Positions 42,410 to 52,115 of a stretch of DNA of 64,000 nt are shown one piece after another. Source of the stretch: Candidatus Poribacteria bacterium (GTDB taxonomy: Bacteria; Poribacteria; WGA-4E; WGA-3G); contig CAXXLX010000001.1 of the NCBI GenBank assembly GCA_963665235.2, forward strand, positions 608,001-672,000, in the 5' to 3' direction. Position 1 is the stretch's first letter. Each line of letters opens with the position of its first letter. Under the pieces are notes generated by a model, which saw only the letters and a list, made by a program, of their open reading frames with translations, searched no databases and was not told the DNA's origin. The position numbers and the translations under genes were made by a program.

Positions 42410-43093
42410 ATGCTAAAAAGTTATAAGGTTTTACCGAGCTTAGCTATTTTGAGTATTCTCCTGCTTTGGAGTCTGCTCCTCTCTTTACCTGCATCCGCGG
42501 GTACTCAACTCTGGGATTTTGAGAGAAATAACAATGACTGGAAAGTCGCCAACGGAAATTGGCAAATCGTAGATGGTGTTTACAAGTTGACTAAAGGTGG
42601 TGCAGCAGAGCATTCCCTCGTTGGGGAAGACAATTGGGATGACTACACAATTGAGGCGAAGGTCAGACTTGATGAGGGGAGCTGGGCAGGCCTTGTATTC
42701 CGTGCGAAAAGTGAGATGGAATACTATGTCTACTATCTCAACGTCCCGAATAACAAAAGCGAGCTCTGGCGACACAAAGCTGGTGCCTGGGATGCACGTG
42801 ACAACCTTGCACAAATCCCCGCTGCCGGTGGTGTTAAGATTGCGAACGGTGAATGGTATGATATGAAGATCATTGTTTCAGGTGACACCTTTAAGTTGTA
42901 CATTAATGATGAGTTTCAGAAAGAAGACAAGGACGCTGCTTATAAAAGCGGCAAAGTCGGCGTATGGGCATGGCAAACTGGCGCCAGCTTCGACGATTTT
43001 ATGGTCACCGGTGATAACATCAAGGATACGCTACCGGTCGAGCCGACCCGAAAACTGACGACAACCTGGGGTATCCTCAAACAGGGGTATTGA
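42410..43093 (+). CDS. Secreted DUF1080/3-keto-disaccharide hydrolase-like (ConA fold) protein
   Basis: Signal peptide; W.DYT.EAKV, AG.VFR, WY.MKI.V.G, SGKVG, FDDF; tail LPVEPTRKLTTTWGILK. Confidence 0.85.
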   Translation: MLKSYKVLPSLAILSILLLWSLLLSLPASAGTQLWDFERNNNDWKVANGNWQIVDGVYKLTKGGAAEHSLVGEDNWDDYTIEAKVRLDEGSWAGLVFRAKSEMEYYVYYLNVPNNKSELWRHKAGAWDARDNLAQIPAAGGVKIANGEWYDMKIIVSGDTFKLYINDEFQKEDKDAAYKSGKVGVWAWQTGASFDDFMVTGDNIKDTLPVEPTRKLTTTWGILKQGY

Positions 43094-43131
43094 GAAATAC
43101 CTCGCTTACTTGAAAATAGAAAGGAGAATTT

Positions 43132-43803
43132 ATGAAACGTTTATTCACGACTCTAATCGGATTTTGTTTTCTAGCAATCATAGCGACTACCGGTTTCGCG
43201 GGTGAGCAGCAATGGACCTTTGATTCCAATGCGGAGGGATGGACCGCGGCTAACGGCACGTGGAGCGTCGCAGACGGTGCTTATAAGCTTGCAGTCGGGG
43301 GCGCAGCGGAACATTCCCTCGTCGGCGATGTCGCCTGGGACGATTACACGGTTGAAGCGAAGGTCAGGCTTGATGAGGGCAGCTGGGCAGGTATTGCATT
43401 TCGTGCCAAAAGCGAAAGAGAATATTATGTCTTCTATCTCAACGTGCCCAATAACAAAACCGAGCTCTGGCGACACAAAACCCCTAACTGGGATTCCCGT
43501 GACAATCTCGCGCAACTGCCCGCAAAGAACGTCACAATCGCAAATGGCGAATGGTTCAACATGAAAATCGACGTTGCTGGCGATACCATGGCACTCTCAA
43601 TTAACGGTGAAATGCAAGGAGAATTTACAGATGACTCCGGGGGCAAATATAGTGCCGGACAAGCAGGCCTCTGGGGGTGGCAAACTGGAGCCAGCTTTGA
43701 TGACTTCAAAGTCTCAGGAGATGCTATCGTCGGGAGCGTTACCCCGGTTGAACCGCTAGACAAGCTAACAACGACGTGGGGACGCATCAAAGACGTTCGC
43801 TAG
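43132..43803 (+). CDS. Tandem paralogue DUF1080-like secreted protein
   Basis: Near-identical core to 42410-43093; tail TPVEPLDKLTTTWGRIK. Confidence 0.85.
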   Translation: MKRLFTTLIGFCFLAIIATTGFAGEQQWTFDSNAEGWTAANGTWSVADGAYKLAVGGAAEHSLVGDVAWDDYTVEAKVRLDEGSWAGIAFRAKSEREYYVFYLNVPNNKTELWRHKTPNWDSRDNLAQLPAKNVTIANGEWFNMKIDVAGDTMALSINGEMQGEFTDDSGGKYSAGQAGLWGWQTGASFDDFKVSGDAIVGSVTPVEPLDKLTTTWGRIKDVR

Positions 43804-43965
43804 TCTGCCATCTATCTTAACATTGGTATTTGTCGGTCCGGTCGCTCGAAGATCGACAAACGTTTTCCACTTAATTTGGGCTGTGTGCCTTGCTGCATGC
43901 TGCCCTCTGTTTCAGGAGGTGCTCAGTCTATCTGTGCACCTCCGCTTTCAAATTGGCGAGAACCG

Positions 43966-45723
43966 ATGGAACGATGGCGTGGATTGCAAAAACGTATATC
44001 GCTTATCGTCATAGTGTGCCTTACGGTGTCCATTTGGCATATATCTGTTGCTTGGTGTCAAAGCGGCAACGAGAGTCGCCTCAAGGAGCAAATTGAGGCT
44101 TATCGGGCACAACTCGCTGCGGACGCGACACGTGTTGATATTCGGTGCCAATTGGCAAAGGTCTATCTAAAAATTGAGGACTACGCACAAGCGGTTGCCG
44201 AGTATCAGCAGGTGATAACCACCATAGACAACTCCACAGAACACACCCTCACCCTAACAGAGGCCTCCTACGGATTAGGCTTGGCTTATGCTGCGCTTGA
44301 GCAGTTCGAGGCGGCGATTGAAGCTTATCAACGCGCGATTCAGTTGACACCGGCGTGGGCACATATCCACGCTGCGTTGGGGGCAGCCTATTCAGACTTG
44401 CACCGCTACGCTGAAGCACTCACAGCTTACAAGGTCGCGCGTGACCTCCAGCCCGACGATGCCATGATTCATCACCAGTTGGGCAACATCTATAGCAAAC
44501 GTGGAAAGCGCGCCGCGGCAATAGCACATCAGCAGCGGGCAATAGCGATTGCCCCGACTTTAGCTGCCGCGCATTATCAGCTCGGTTTGCTTTACTCCCA
44601 AGAGAATCGGTTACCTGAGGCTATTTCGGCATATCAAACCGCATACACAGCAGATTCGGAGCTTATCGAAGCTCTTTACAACCTTGCACAGGCGCACCTT
44701 CGGCATGGCGATAAACAGGCTGCGCGTGAACAGATGCAGCTGTTTGAAAAACGGAAGGCTGTCGTTGAACCTGTCCGGGACTTACGCGGTGCATTGCAGC
44801 GGACCCGTGAACCGATAAAACGTGCACGCATCCTTGCGAACATCGGCAGACTTTACCTTAAAAGCGGGGCATACCAGAAGGCGGTTTGGGAATATGAAAA
44901 GGCACTCGCGCTGAATCCAGAAGTTATTGAGGCGTATAACGGTATCGGAATTGCCTGGACAATGCTTAAGAGGTATAAAGAAGCCGTTGCCGCACAACAA
45001 CGGGCTTTGAAACTTCAACCGGATTTTGCGGAGGCACATGCAGCGTTAGGCTTAACCTACCTTGTGCAGGAAAAAACTGCCCTTGCACTTAAGCATTACC
45101 AACAAGCGGTTACCCTGAATCCCAAACTTTTAGAGGCGCGCCTAAAAATAGGGTTAATTTTACTGAATCAGAAACGTTATGTTGAGGCAGCGTCAGCCTA
45201 TCAAGCAGCACTCAGGCTAAATCCGGACGATGCGGAACCGTATCACAACCTAGGGATATGCTATCTAAATCAAGGGAAACCGGCGGAGGCTTTGTCGGCA
45301 CTAAAAAAGGCAGTTGAGATAGACCGTAAGGGTAGTTCACGCGCACCGTTTCTCGCGGAAACACACTATCTGATAGGCGAACTTCAAGTACAGCGAAAAA
45401 ATTTTGCAGCAGCGGAATCCGCATATCTTACCTCCGGCTTACCGAAAGCGTATCACTCGCTTGCCCAGCTCAGTGCAACGTTGGCAAGCACTTACGAAAA
45501 CCCCGCCAAGCGCAACGTGAAACTCAAGGCCGCTGCGGATTACGCGCAAACCGCCATCAGATTAAATCCGAACGTTGCAAGTTATCACAATACACTCGCC
45601 CTGATTTCCTACCGAAAAGGGGAGTATCGCATAGCGGAGGCCGCTATCCGTAAAGCCATTGAACTTGACCCCAAGAATCCTAACTATAAAGAAGGCCTAA
45701 AACAGATAACGAATAGCCATTAG
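43966..45723 (+). CDS. Tetratricopeptide repeat protein (exported)
   Basis: N-terminal hydrophobic segment; many A...LG..Y...A...Y..A..L.P TPR units. Confidence 0.9.
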   Translation: MERWRGLQKRISLIVIVCLTVSIWHISVAWCQSGNESRLKEQIEAYRAQLAADATRVDIRCQLAKVYLKIEDYAQAVAEYQQVITTIDNSTEHTLTLTEASYGLGLAYAALEQFEAAIEAYQRAIQLTPAWAHIHAALGAAYSDLHRYAEALTAYKVARDLQPDDAMIHHQLGNIYSKRGKRAAAIAHQQRAIAIAPTLAAAHYQLGLLYSQENRLPEAISAYQTAYTADSELIEALYNLAQAHLRHGDKQAAREQMQLFEKRKAVVEPVRDLRGALQRTREPIKRARILANIGRLYLKSGAYQKAVWEYEKALALNPEVIEAYNGIGIAWTMLKRYKEAVAAQQRALKLQPDFAEAHAALGLTYLVQEKTALALKHYQQAVTLNPKLLEARLKIGLILLNQKRYVEAASAYQAALRLNPDDAEPYHNLGICYLNQGKPAEALSALKKAVEIDRKGSSRAPFLAETHYLIGELQVQRKNFAAAESAYLTSGLPKAYHSLAQLSATLASTYENPAKRNVKLKAAADYAQTAIRLNPNVASYHNTLALISYRKGEYRIAEAAIRKAIELDPKNPNYKEGLKQITNSH

Positions 45724-45751
45724 TCCGCTCTTCCATCCTTCTAACTATTTT

Positions 45752-46741
45752 GGCTCATGTAAAAATTAAGTGCCATTTTATTTTGGTTGTGCTATACTAT
45801 ATTTATGGATTTTCCAATAAACTCTCTATTTGATGAAGAAGAATCAGAGGTCTGGTTGCTAAATCATTTTCATCCTGAAGGTCTATGCTGTCCACATTGC
45901 GATGCGAGCGTGTCGGAGGCACGCAATTTCCGTAAGACCCAAGCGAGTGGTCTACAAGTCTATCGCTGCAAACACTGCCAAGGTGTCTACAATGTGTATA
46001 GTGGGACAGTCTTTGCGGGCAGTCGGTTTAGACCGTCGCAGGTGATTCTGCTTTTACGGGGTGTGTGTCAAGGTGTGTCAAGTGCCCAACTGGGTCGTGA
46101 ACTGGGTATAAGTCGTCAAACGATTCTGTGTATGCGGCGTAAACTTCAGTATTCTGCTGAACAGCTACAGCCTGCGGAGGCTGTGCCGGATGCGGTAGTT
46201 GAAACCGAACAGATGAGATGTTTCAAAACGAGGGTGAAAAAGGGACATTGCATTCGGATGCCTCAGATCCGCCGCGGCGTCGTGGGAATAAGCGTCGGGG
46301 CCACGGGACTTATGCCAATGATAGACCGCCTATTGTAGGAACGGTAGGGCGTGAAAGCGGTCAGCTGCGTTTACGCGTAGTGCACCACACCGATAGTGCG
46401 ACCCTTTCAGTCCACGTGCATAGATTCACTTGTCCGACTGCGAGCGTGTATACGGATGGGTGGCGTGGGTATAACCAGATTGAACGGGTGCGTGAGATTG
46501 TTGTTCATAAAGATGGGCAATGGGCGCGAGACGCAGATGGTGATGGTATTCGCGAGATACATACCAATACGATTGAAGGGGTGTGGACGACTGTGCGCAA
46601 CTTCCTGCGTCCGTTTCGGGGTGTTCATAAAAAGTTTCTTTCGGGTTACATTGCTATTTGTGAGTTCGCTATGAACCTAAAATCTGTTTCTGCTGATTTT
46701 ATATCAAAACTCGTCAAAAGCACTTAAGCTTGACATGAGCC
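45752..46741 (+). mobile_element. IS1595 family insertion sequence (990 bp)
   Basis: 22-bp imperfect IR GGCTCATGTAAAAATTAAGTGC/GCACTTAAGCTTGACATGAGCC; 8-bp TSD ACTATTTT. Confidence 0.92.
45805..46727 (+). pseudogene. IS1595 transposase (Zn ribbon, HTH, DDE), frameshifted
   Basis: CPHC..C..C, VETDE motif broken by extra GAACA near 46207, YTDGW.GY, HTNTIEG.W, FRGV.K. Confidence 0.88.
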
Positions 46742-46910
46742 ACTATTTTTTTAGGGACTCCAAAAATTTTTCACACACCCCTGATTGGGTGTACTGCCAT
46801 CGAAAATTCGGGCCACCCTTAAAGCCTATTGCAACTATGGTATTGAAGATGCCCTACGGGATGTAGGGATTACTTTCAAACCACTTCGGAAGAAAGATCG
46901 ATAGTGTCAG

Positions 46911-46993
46911 TTAATTGAGGGGTGTGCATAAATTAAATCGTGATTGACTTTAGTAAGGAGTCTTAACCTTATTTATGCACACCCCTCAATTAA
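46911..46993. repeat. 83-bp element with perfect 23-bp inverted repeats (related to MITE family D ends)
   Basis: TTAATTGAGGGGTGTGCATAAAT ... ATTTATGCACACCCCTCAATTAA. Confidence 0.8.
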
Positions 46994-46997
46994 ATTT

Positions 46998-47648
46998 TCA
47001 CTTTAGCTTGTGGCTACCACTTCCGATTGTCGACCAGTCTCGATCCACCGTCCAACTTCCACCTGCCGAATCAGTTGCCGTCCTGTGAAAATCCTTGGAC
47101 GCTTCTTCCCATGAACCGCCCGGTATAATTCCAGTCAAACGCCATTTCCAGTACACGGGGACTAATTTGATAGAACCACTGGCATCCCATGGATATTCCT
47201 TTGGCATTCTTTTAAAAGGCCCCGTAAATGATAACTGAATCTTGTGATCTATATCTAGGGCCAGGGCCACGGGTAGAAAACCGACCCACTTCCCGAGTTT
47301 CTGTGACGTTGTATTATTAGGATCGCCATAAGATTTTCCATCAATATTGCCATAGAAAAGGATATGTGCCCAACCGAAACCATGTGCTTTGGCTGTTATT
47401 GAAACTTTAGGGGAACGTGGTTCCTCATACCAAAAATCATACATGACTTTACCATCTGCTTTAGTTCTGCGATAATGGATAAAGAACTTACCATCTATAT
47501 TACACGAAATCTCGATCTCGGGCTCGCTTGTAAAATTTAAGTCTGGTGTTTCCACACGATGGAGATTGTGGGCTTTTACCCCCATCCCGATTGCAATTAT
47601 AAAACTAAAAATGAGGATGAAAAGTGAAATTCGCTTTTTAGATAACAT
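46998..47648 (-). CDS. Secreted hypothetical protein
   Basis: Signal peptide (..VKA-H); beta-rich, Trp-rich; GAGG RBS. Confidence 0.65.
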   Translation of the reverse strand: MLSKKRISLFILIFSFIIAIGMGVKAHNLHRVETPDLNFTSEPEIEISCNIDGKFFIHYRRTKADGKVMYDFWYEEPRSPKVSITAKAHGFGWAHILFYGNIDGKSYGDPNNTTSQKLGKWVGFLPVALALDIDHKIQLSFTGPFKRMPKEYPWDASGSIKLVPVYWKWRLTGIIPGGSWEEASKDFHRTATDSAGGSWTVDRDWSTIGSGSHKLK

Positions 47649-47658
47649 TGAAAACCTC

Positions 47659-48438
47659 CTATTCCCAGGGGGAAATTAAGTGTTCTAATCCATGTTCTCG
47701 GAGCGCGGCATTGAGTTTCTCTCGCGTAACACGGTCCGATTTTGCTATGGCTTCATCACCCACCGCACTGGTCATCACATGAACAGGACGAACCCTTTGC
47801 ACCGCTGCTTCAAGTGCCTCAATTTCCGCAGAAAGCCGCTCGACTTCATCAAAATCGCCGCGTGCTTCCGCCCATCCCTGATCTTCCAGCAGTTGATTAT
47901 ACCTTTCGAACTCCTCGCGGGTCGGTGCAAAATCGACTCTCATCTGTATATCCACAATTGGCTCGCCTATTTTATGTAAAACGGGGTTGCCGTTTTCATC
48001 CAAAAGCGGCACGTTTATATCCTTCCAGCGATATTGATATCCACGAGGCGGCGGTTTCAACCCATGTTGAATATAAAATTGGTCAAGGATTTGCTGCTGT
48101 ACTTCCCGCGAAAGCGACCAGAAATCGGGAGTGTTGTCGGTTTCCTGCCCATCAGATGTCTCATCAGACATGCCAACGTCAACCTGTTTGCTATCATCAG
48201 ACATTGGAACATTGTTTGAAGCAGGGTCAGATCGACGCTGTCTGTTCTGTTCCGACACAGTTACCAGGTCCGCAGTTCCCGGTTCGGTTTTCTTTCGAAT
48301 GTTATCTAACACTTCCTTTGCGGGAGGTTTATAGATAACTTCGGGTTCGGTATCTACATTGTGATTCAGTAGGAAGATGGCACTTCCGATAACTACTATC
48401 ATCAGGATACCAATTCCTACATAAACTTTTTGGGTCAT
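47659..48438 (-). CDS. Membrane-anchored hypothetical protein
   Basis: N-terminal TM followed by EPEVIYK and a low-complexity linker; GGAGG RBS. Confidence 0.7.
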   Translation of the reverse strand: MTQKVYVGIGILMIVVIGSAIFLLNHNVDTEPEVIYKPPAKEVLDNIRKKTEPGTADLVTVSEQNRQRRSDPASNNVPMSDDSKQVDVGMSDETSDGQETDNTPDFWSLSREVQQQILDQFYIQHGLKPPPRGYQYRWKDINVPLLDENGNPVLHKIGEPIVDIQMRVDFAPTREEFERYNQLLEDQGWAEARGDFDEVERLSAEIEALEAAVQRVRPVHVMTSAVGDEAIAKSDRVTREKLNAALREHGLEHLISPWE

Positions 48439-48940
48439 AAATCTATCCTCCTATAGACAGGATTCGTTATGATTCGATTCTGCTACACCTATAAAGCAAC
48501 TTTACTGTGATAACTAGCAACTTAGGTTAACTAAAGTTTGGACAATTTGTCTGCGTTTGCTGAGAGGGCCGGAGATGTATTCATCTATTTATTACCGCGT
48601 CCGGGCGGCACATAGGACCTCTCCCGATTTATAACAGATAGGGCCCGTGTTTGAAAGCATAGCATCAGACCGAAGTAAGCACAGTTTGCTACCCCTGATG
48701 CGACCGGGTGCCAGAAAACGAGCAGAATCTACCAGACATTTTCCAAACTTTCACTTTATCACTTTAATTATACACACAATTGCATTTTTTGTAATTTTTT
48801 GAAAAAATGACAAATATGTCCGTAAACATCTTTTTTGCAATGCGTTCAGCAAAAATCGTTGATTTTTCCGTTCACATATTTCAGTATAAGCTATTTCACG
48901 AAAAAAGTCAATTAATTTCGGAAAGATTTCGAAGCAAATT

Positions 48941-48977
48941 GTTTCCATTCCCTTCAAACCGGAAAACACTGGGGCAC
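48941..48977 (-). CRISPR. Solitary CRISPR-like repeat (37 bp) with adjacent leader-like region; no array or cas genes in window
   Basis: Minus strand GTGCCCCAGTGTTTTCCGGTTTGAAGGGAATGGAAAC has the GT start and ATGGAAAC 3' handle of type I/III repeats; non-coding flank 48978-49200. Confidence 0.6.
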
Positions 48978-49339
48978 TTACCCCTATTTTCGACCCACGC
49001 CACGCTTGACTCCGGAACCCCTAATCCAAACACGAACTGCACGGGGCTTTTTTTACCCCAAAAATTGGAGCGAAAATCGCATAAACCCTTACCAACACTG
49101 ACTCAAACTCGATTTTTACCAAAAAACACACCAGAATCAAGGCAACATACAGGTTTATAGACTATTTCATCCTCCCTATTTCCTTACCTATACCATACCA
49201 CTTTCTAAGAAATTAAATCAAGGAAAAATCAGTTTTTCGCTTCGCCCTTGCACTACATTCAGGATTTGTGATAAAATAAACAGTGGAGATATTTTTCATG
49301 CAATCATAAAACAGAACCAACATATTGAAGAGGTGAACG

Positions 49340-50785
49340 ATGGCGTATCCAAGTCTGAGGGATTTTGTAAAGGCATTGGAACGGGCAGGCGAACTCAAAC
49401 GTATCAAAACACAGGTCTCACCGGACCTTGAAATCAGCGAGATAACCGACCGCATCAGCAAAGCGGGCGGGCCCGCGTTGCTGTTTGAAAATGTGGAGGG
49501 CAGCGATATCCCCCTGCTTATCAATACGTACGGCTCTTACACGCGGATGGCGATGGCACTCGGCGTGGATGACCTTACGCGGATAGCCTACGAAATTGAG
49601 GGCATGATTAAAATCGGACCGCCGGAGTCGCTGCTGGATAAGGTCAAAATCCTCAGAATTTTGTCGCAGTTGACGAACTTCCCGCCAAAAAATGTCAAGC
49701 GTGGCGCATCTCAAGAGGTTGTCCTCACAGGAGAAGACGCTTCGTTAGACCGCTTACCCCTAATTAAGTGTTGGCCGATGGACGCTGATAGATATATCAC
49801 GTTGCCGCAAGTGTTTACACACAGCTTGAACACCGGCCAGCGAAACGTTGGCACCTATCGGTTGCAGAAACTAAATCCGCACGCCTTAGCTATGCATTGG
49901 CAGATTCACCACGACGGGGCTGCGCATCATCGGGAATATAAACAAGCAGGTGAACAGATGCCTGTCGCTGTCGCAATCGGCGGTGACCCTATTATGTCTT
50001 ACATCGGTACGGCACCACTTCCATCGGGTATTGATGAGCTGCTGTTCGCAGGATTCCTCCGAAAATCCAACGTTGAAATGGTGCCAGCAAAAACAATTGA
50101 TATGATGGTACCCGCCGAAGCGGACATCGTTATAGAAGGCTATATTGAGCCGGATGAGACGTGCATCGAGGGACCGTTCGGAGACCATACCGGATTTTAC
50201 TCTTTGCCCGATGAATACCCTGTTTTTCGCATCACTGCAATTACACATCGCAAAAATCCCATCTATCAGACCATCATTGTTGGCAAACCCCCGATGGAGG
50301 ATTGCTATATGGGGAAGGCAACCGAACGTATCTTTATGCCATTGATTAAAACGCAGCTGCCCGAACTGGTCGATATGAACTTGCCGTTATTTGGCGTATT
50401 TCACAACTTCGCCCTCATCTCAATTGATAAACGTTACCCCTTTCACGCAAAAAAAATTATGCACAGCTTTTGGGGGCTCGGGCAACTGATGTTCAGCAAA
50501 ATTATTATTGTCGTCGACAAAGACGTAGATGTGCAAAACGTTGAGGAGGTGCTTTTTTATGTGGGCAGCAACGTTGACCCGAAGCGAGATGTCACAATCG
50601 TCGAAGGCCCGGTGGATGTGCTTGACCATGCCGCACCCCTTATCGGGGCAGGCTCAAAGATGGGAATTGACGCTACAACGAAGTGGCCGGAGGAGGGTTA
50701 TCAGCGCGAATGGCCCCCAGAAATTCAGATGTCTGATGAAATTGTCGAGCTGGTCAACGAGCGGTGGAAGAAATACGGATTGTAA
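49340..50785 (+). CDS. UbiD family decarboxylase (menaquinone biosynthesis type)
   Basis: GPALLFEN, RNVGTYR, EGPFGDHTGFY, GKPPMED, GP.DVLDHA, GSKMGIDAT. Confidence 0.92.
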   Translation: MAYPSLRDFVKALERAGELKRIKTQVSPDLEISEITDRISKAGGPALLFENVEGSDIPLLINTYGSYTRMAMALGVDDLTRIAYEIEGMIKIGPPESLLDKVKILRILSQLTNFPPKNVKRGASQEVVLTGEDASLDRLPLIKCWPMDADRYITLPQVFTHSLNTGQRNVGTYRLQKLNPHALAMHWQIHHDGAAHHREYKQAGEQMPVAVAIGGDPIMSYIGTAPLPSGIDELLFAGFLRKSNVEMVPAKTIDMMVPAEADIVIEGYIEPDETCIEGPFGDHTGFYSLPDEYPVFRITAITHRKNPIYQTIIVGKPPMEDCYMGKATERIFMPLIKTQLPELVDMNLPLFGVFHNFALISIDKRYPFHAKKIMHSFWGLGQLMFSKIIIVVDKDVDVQNVEEVLFYVGSNVDPKRDVTIVEGPVDVLDHAAPLIGAGSKMGIDATTKWPEEGYQREWPPEIQMSDEIVELVNERWKKYGL

Positions 50786-50793
50786 GAAATATG

Positions 50794-50954
50794 TTTATAG
50801 AAAAAGACGTTCACGTCCCAATTCTTAGTCCCAGTATTCGGGCAAGCAGCCCGCTCCTCAAGGACGATATCTTTATAGAAGCCGTTTCCGCCCCAACTCT
50901 TAGTCCCAGTATTCGGGCAAGCAGCCCGCTCCTCAAGGACGATATCTTTATAGA
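50794..50954. repeat. Direct repeat (period 75 bp) of a TTTATAGA-ended palindromic element
   Basis: TCTTAGTCCCAGTATTCGGGCAAGCAGCCCGCTCCTCAAGGACGATATCTTTATAGA x2; related short forms near 30047, 38068 and 38118. Confidence 0.85.
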
Positions 50955-51010
50955 GGTTAGTGAAAACAGATATTTATTATCAAGCTCACGTAATAATTAG
51001 GAAAAAAACG

Positions 51011-52093
51011 ATGGCAGAAACAATTTACGATGTTGCAGTAATCGGTGCCGGCCCGGCAGGGACGCAAGCAGCGGTCTCCGCAAGTCATCAGATGCGGCAC
51101 GTGTTGGTACTACACTCAGGAAAGGTGAGTTTCAGCCGAGGTAGAGCGTACTGGTCAAAGTCGGTAGAAATTGAGGATGCCCCGGTTTTCCCCGGCATTA
51201 TCGGCCCCAAGTTTGCAAAGGAGCTCATGAGCTGGATGGAGAGCCGCCCTGTGGAAGAATTCAGGCTCGGTGACACGCCTCGTAAAACAGGTATTGAGGT
51301 GAGAGACGGTCTTGTTACCCGCCTGACACGAAATAACGGTATTTTTGAGTTAGAAGCCTCAACAGCCACCCTCAAGAAAAATACGCCTTTGCAGCTTGAA
51401 AGCTTCAAATCTCACACCGTCGTCGTTGCTACGGGGTTTGATGACAAGTGGCCCGATATTGAGTTTGTAGCAGATGCGGACCGGTTGTATAAACAGTACG
51501 CCACCGTTTTTCGCTATGCTGGCAATCGCAAGGGGTGGCATGTTTGCATCCGTTGCGATGGACATCTGCACGTAAATGAACATCTCGCTATCCTCGGCGT
51601 AGGCGATTATATCTATGAGGCGGCATTCGGTGCACAAGATTTCACCGATAAAATCACAATCCTAACGAACGGCCGCCCGCACGGTATGTCTCCGCCCATC
51701 CTAGAACAGGTTGCAGCCCGTAAAATTGATATCGTTGAGACGAAGATTAAACGACACATCGGTGAGAAAACCGACCTGTTAGGATTTGAAATGGCGGATG
51801 GCACCGAGCTGTTTTTCCACGGTTTTCTTGTTGACGAAGGCTTAATTCCGAATACGAAATTTTTGGAAGGGTGGGACTATCAAACGGACGAAGAGGGCTT
51901 AATTGTGGCAAATGAAGATATGCAGATGTTAGATAATAGTGGCAACCCAATTCCCGGTCTCTTTGCTGCGGGGGACATCATATCGGGAGAACGAAACTTA
52001 ATTGCCACCGCCTTTGCCCTCGGTCAAGAAGCCGGTTTATCTGCATCCGATTCGCTGCGAAAGTGGCAGTATCCGGGAGCAGATGGCGAATAG
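51011..52093 (+). CDS. Thioredoxin reductase-like FAD-dependent oxidoreductase
   Basis: IGAGPAG, VATG, CIRCDG redox motif, PGLFAAGD. Confidence 0.85.
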   Translation: MAETIYDVAVIGAGPAGTQAAVSASHQMRHVLVLHSGKVSFSRGRAYWSKSVEIEDAPVFPGIIGPKFAKELMSWMESRPVEEFRLGDTPRKTGIEVRDGLVTRLTRNNGIFELEASTATLKKNTPLQLESFKSHTVVVATGFDDKWPDIEFVADADRLYKQYATVFRYAGNRKGWHVCIRCDGHLHVNEHLAILGVGDYIYEAAFGAQDFTDKITILTNGRPHGMSPPILEQVAARKIDIVETKIKRHIGEKTDLLGFEMADGTELFFHGFLVDEGLIPNTKFLEGWDYQTDEEGLIVANEDMQMLDNSGNPIPGLFAAGDIISGERNLIATAFALGQEAGLSASDSLRKWQYPGADGE

Positions 52094-52115
52094 CCAACAG
52101 CCAAAGGACCAAGTT

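Noticed and set aside
41954-42426. Short ORFs upstream of the DUF1080 pair
   Set aside because: No motifs or good RBS; likely untranslated leader or intergenic DNA
46788-46904. Short open frame GVLPSKIRATLK...KKDR
   Set aside because: Probably a gene remnant between mobile ends, but unidentifiable
47692-48338. Plus-strand ORFs opposite 47659-48438, and the many other antisense ORFs in the track
   Set aside because: Shadow frames of better-supported genes
48516-48529. Additional MITE family A copy
   Set aside because: Only one terminal repeat (GCAACTTAGGT); no body or partner end
48699-48713. Sigma54 promoter TGGCACCCGGTCGCA on the minus strand
   Set aside because: GG-GC spacing is 9 nt, not the required 10
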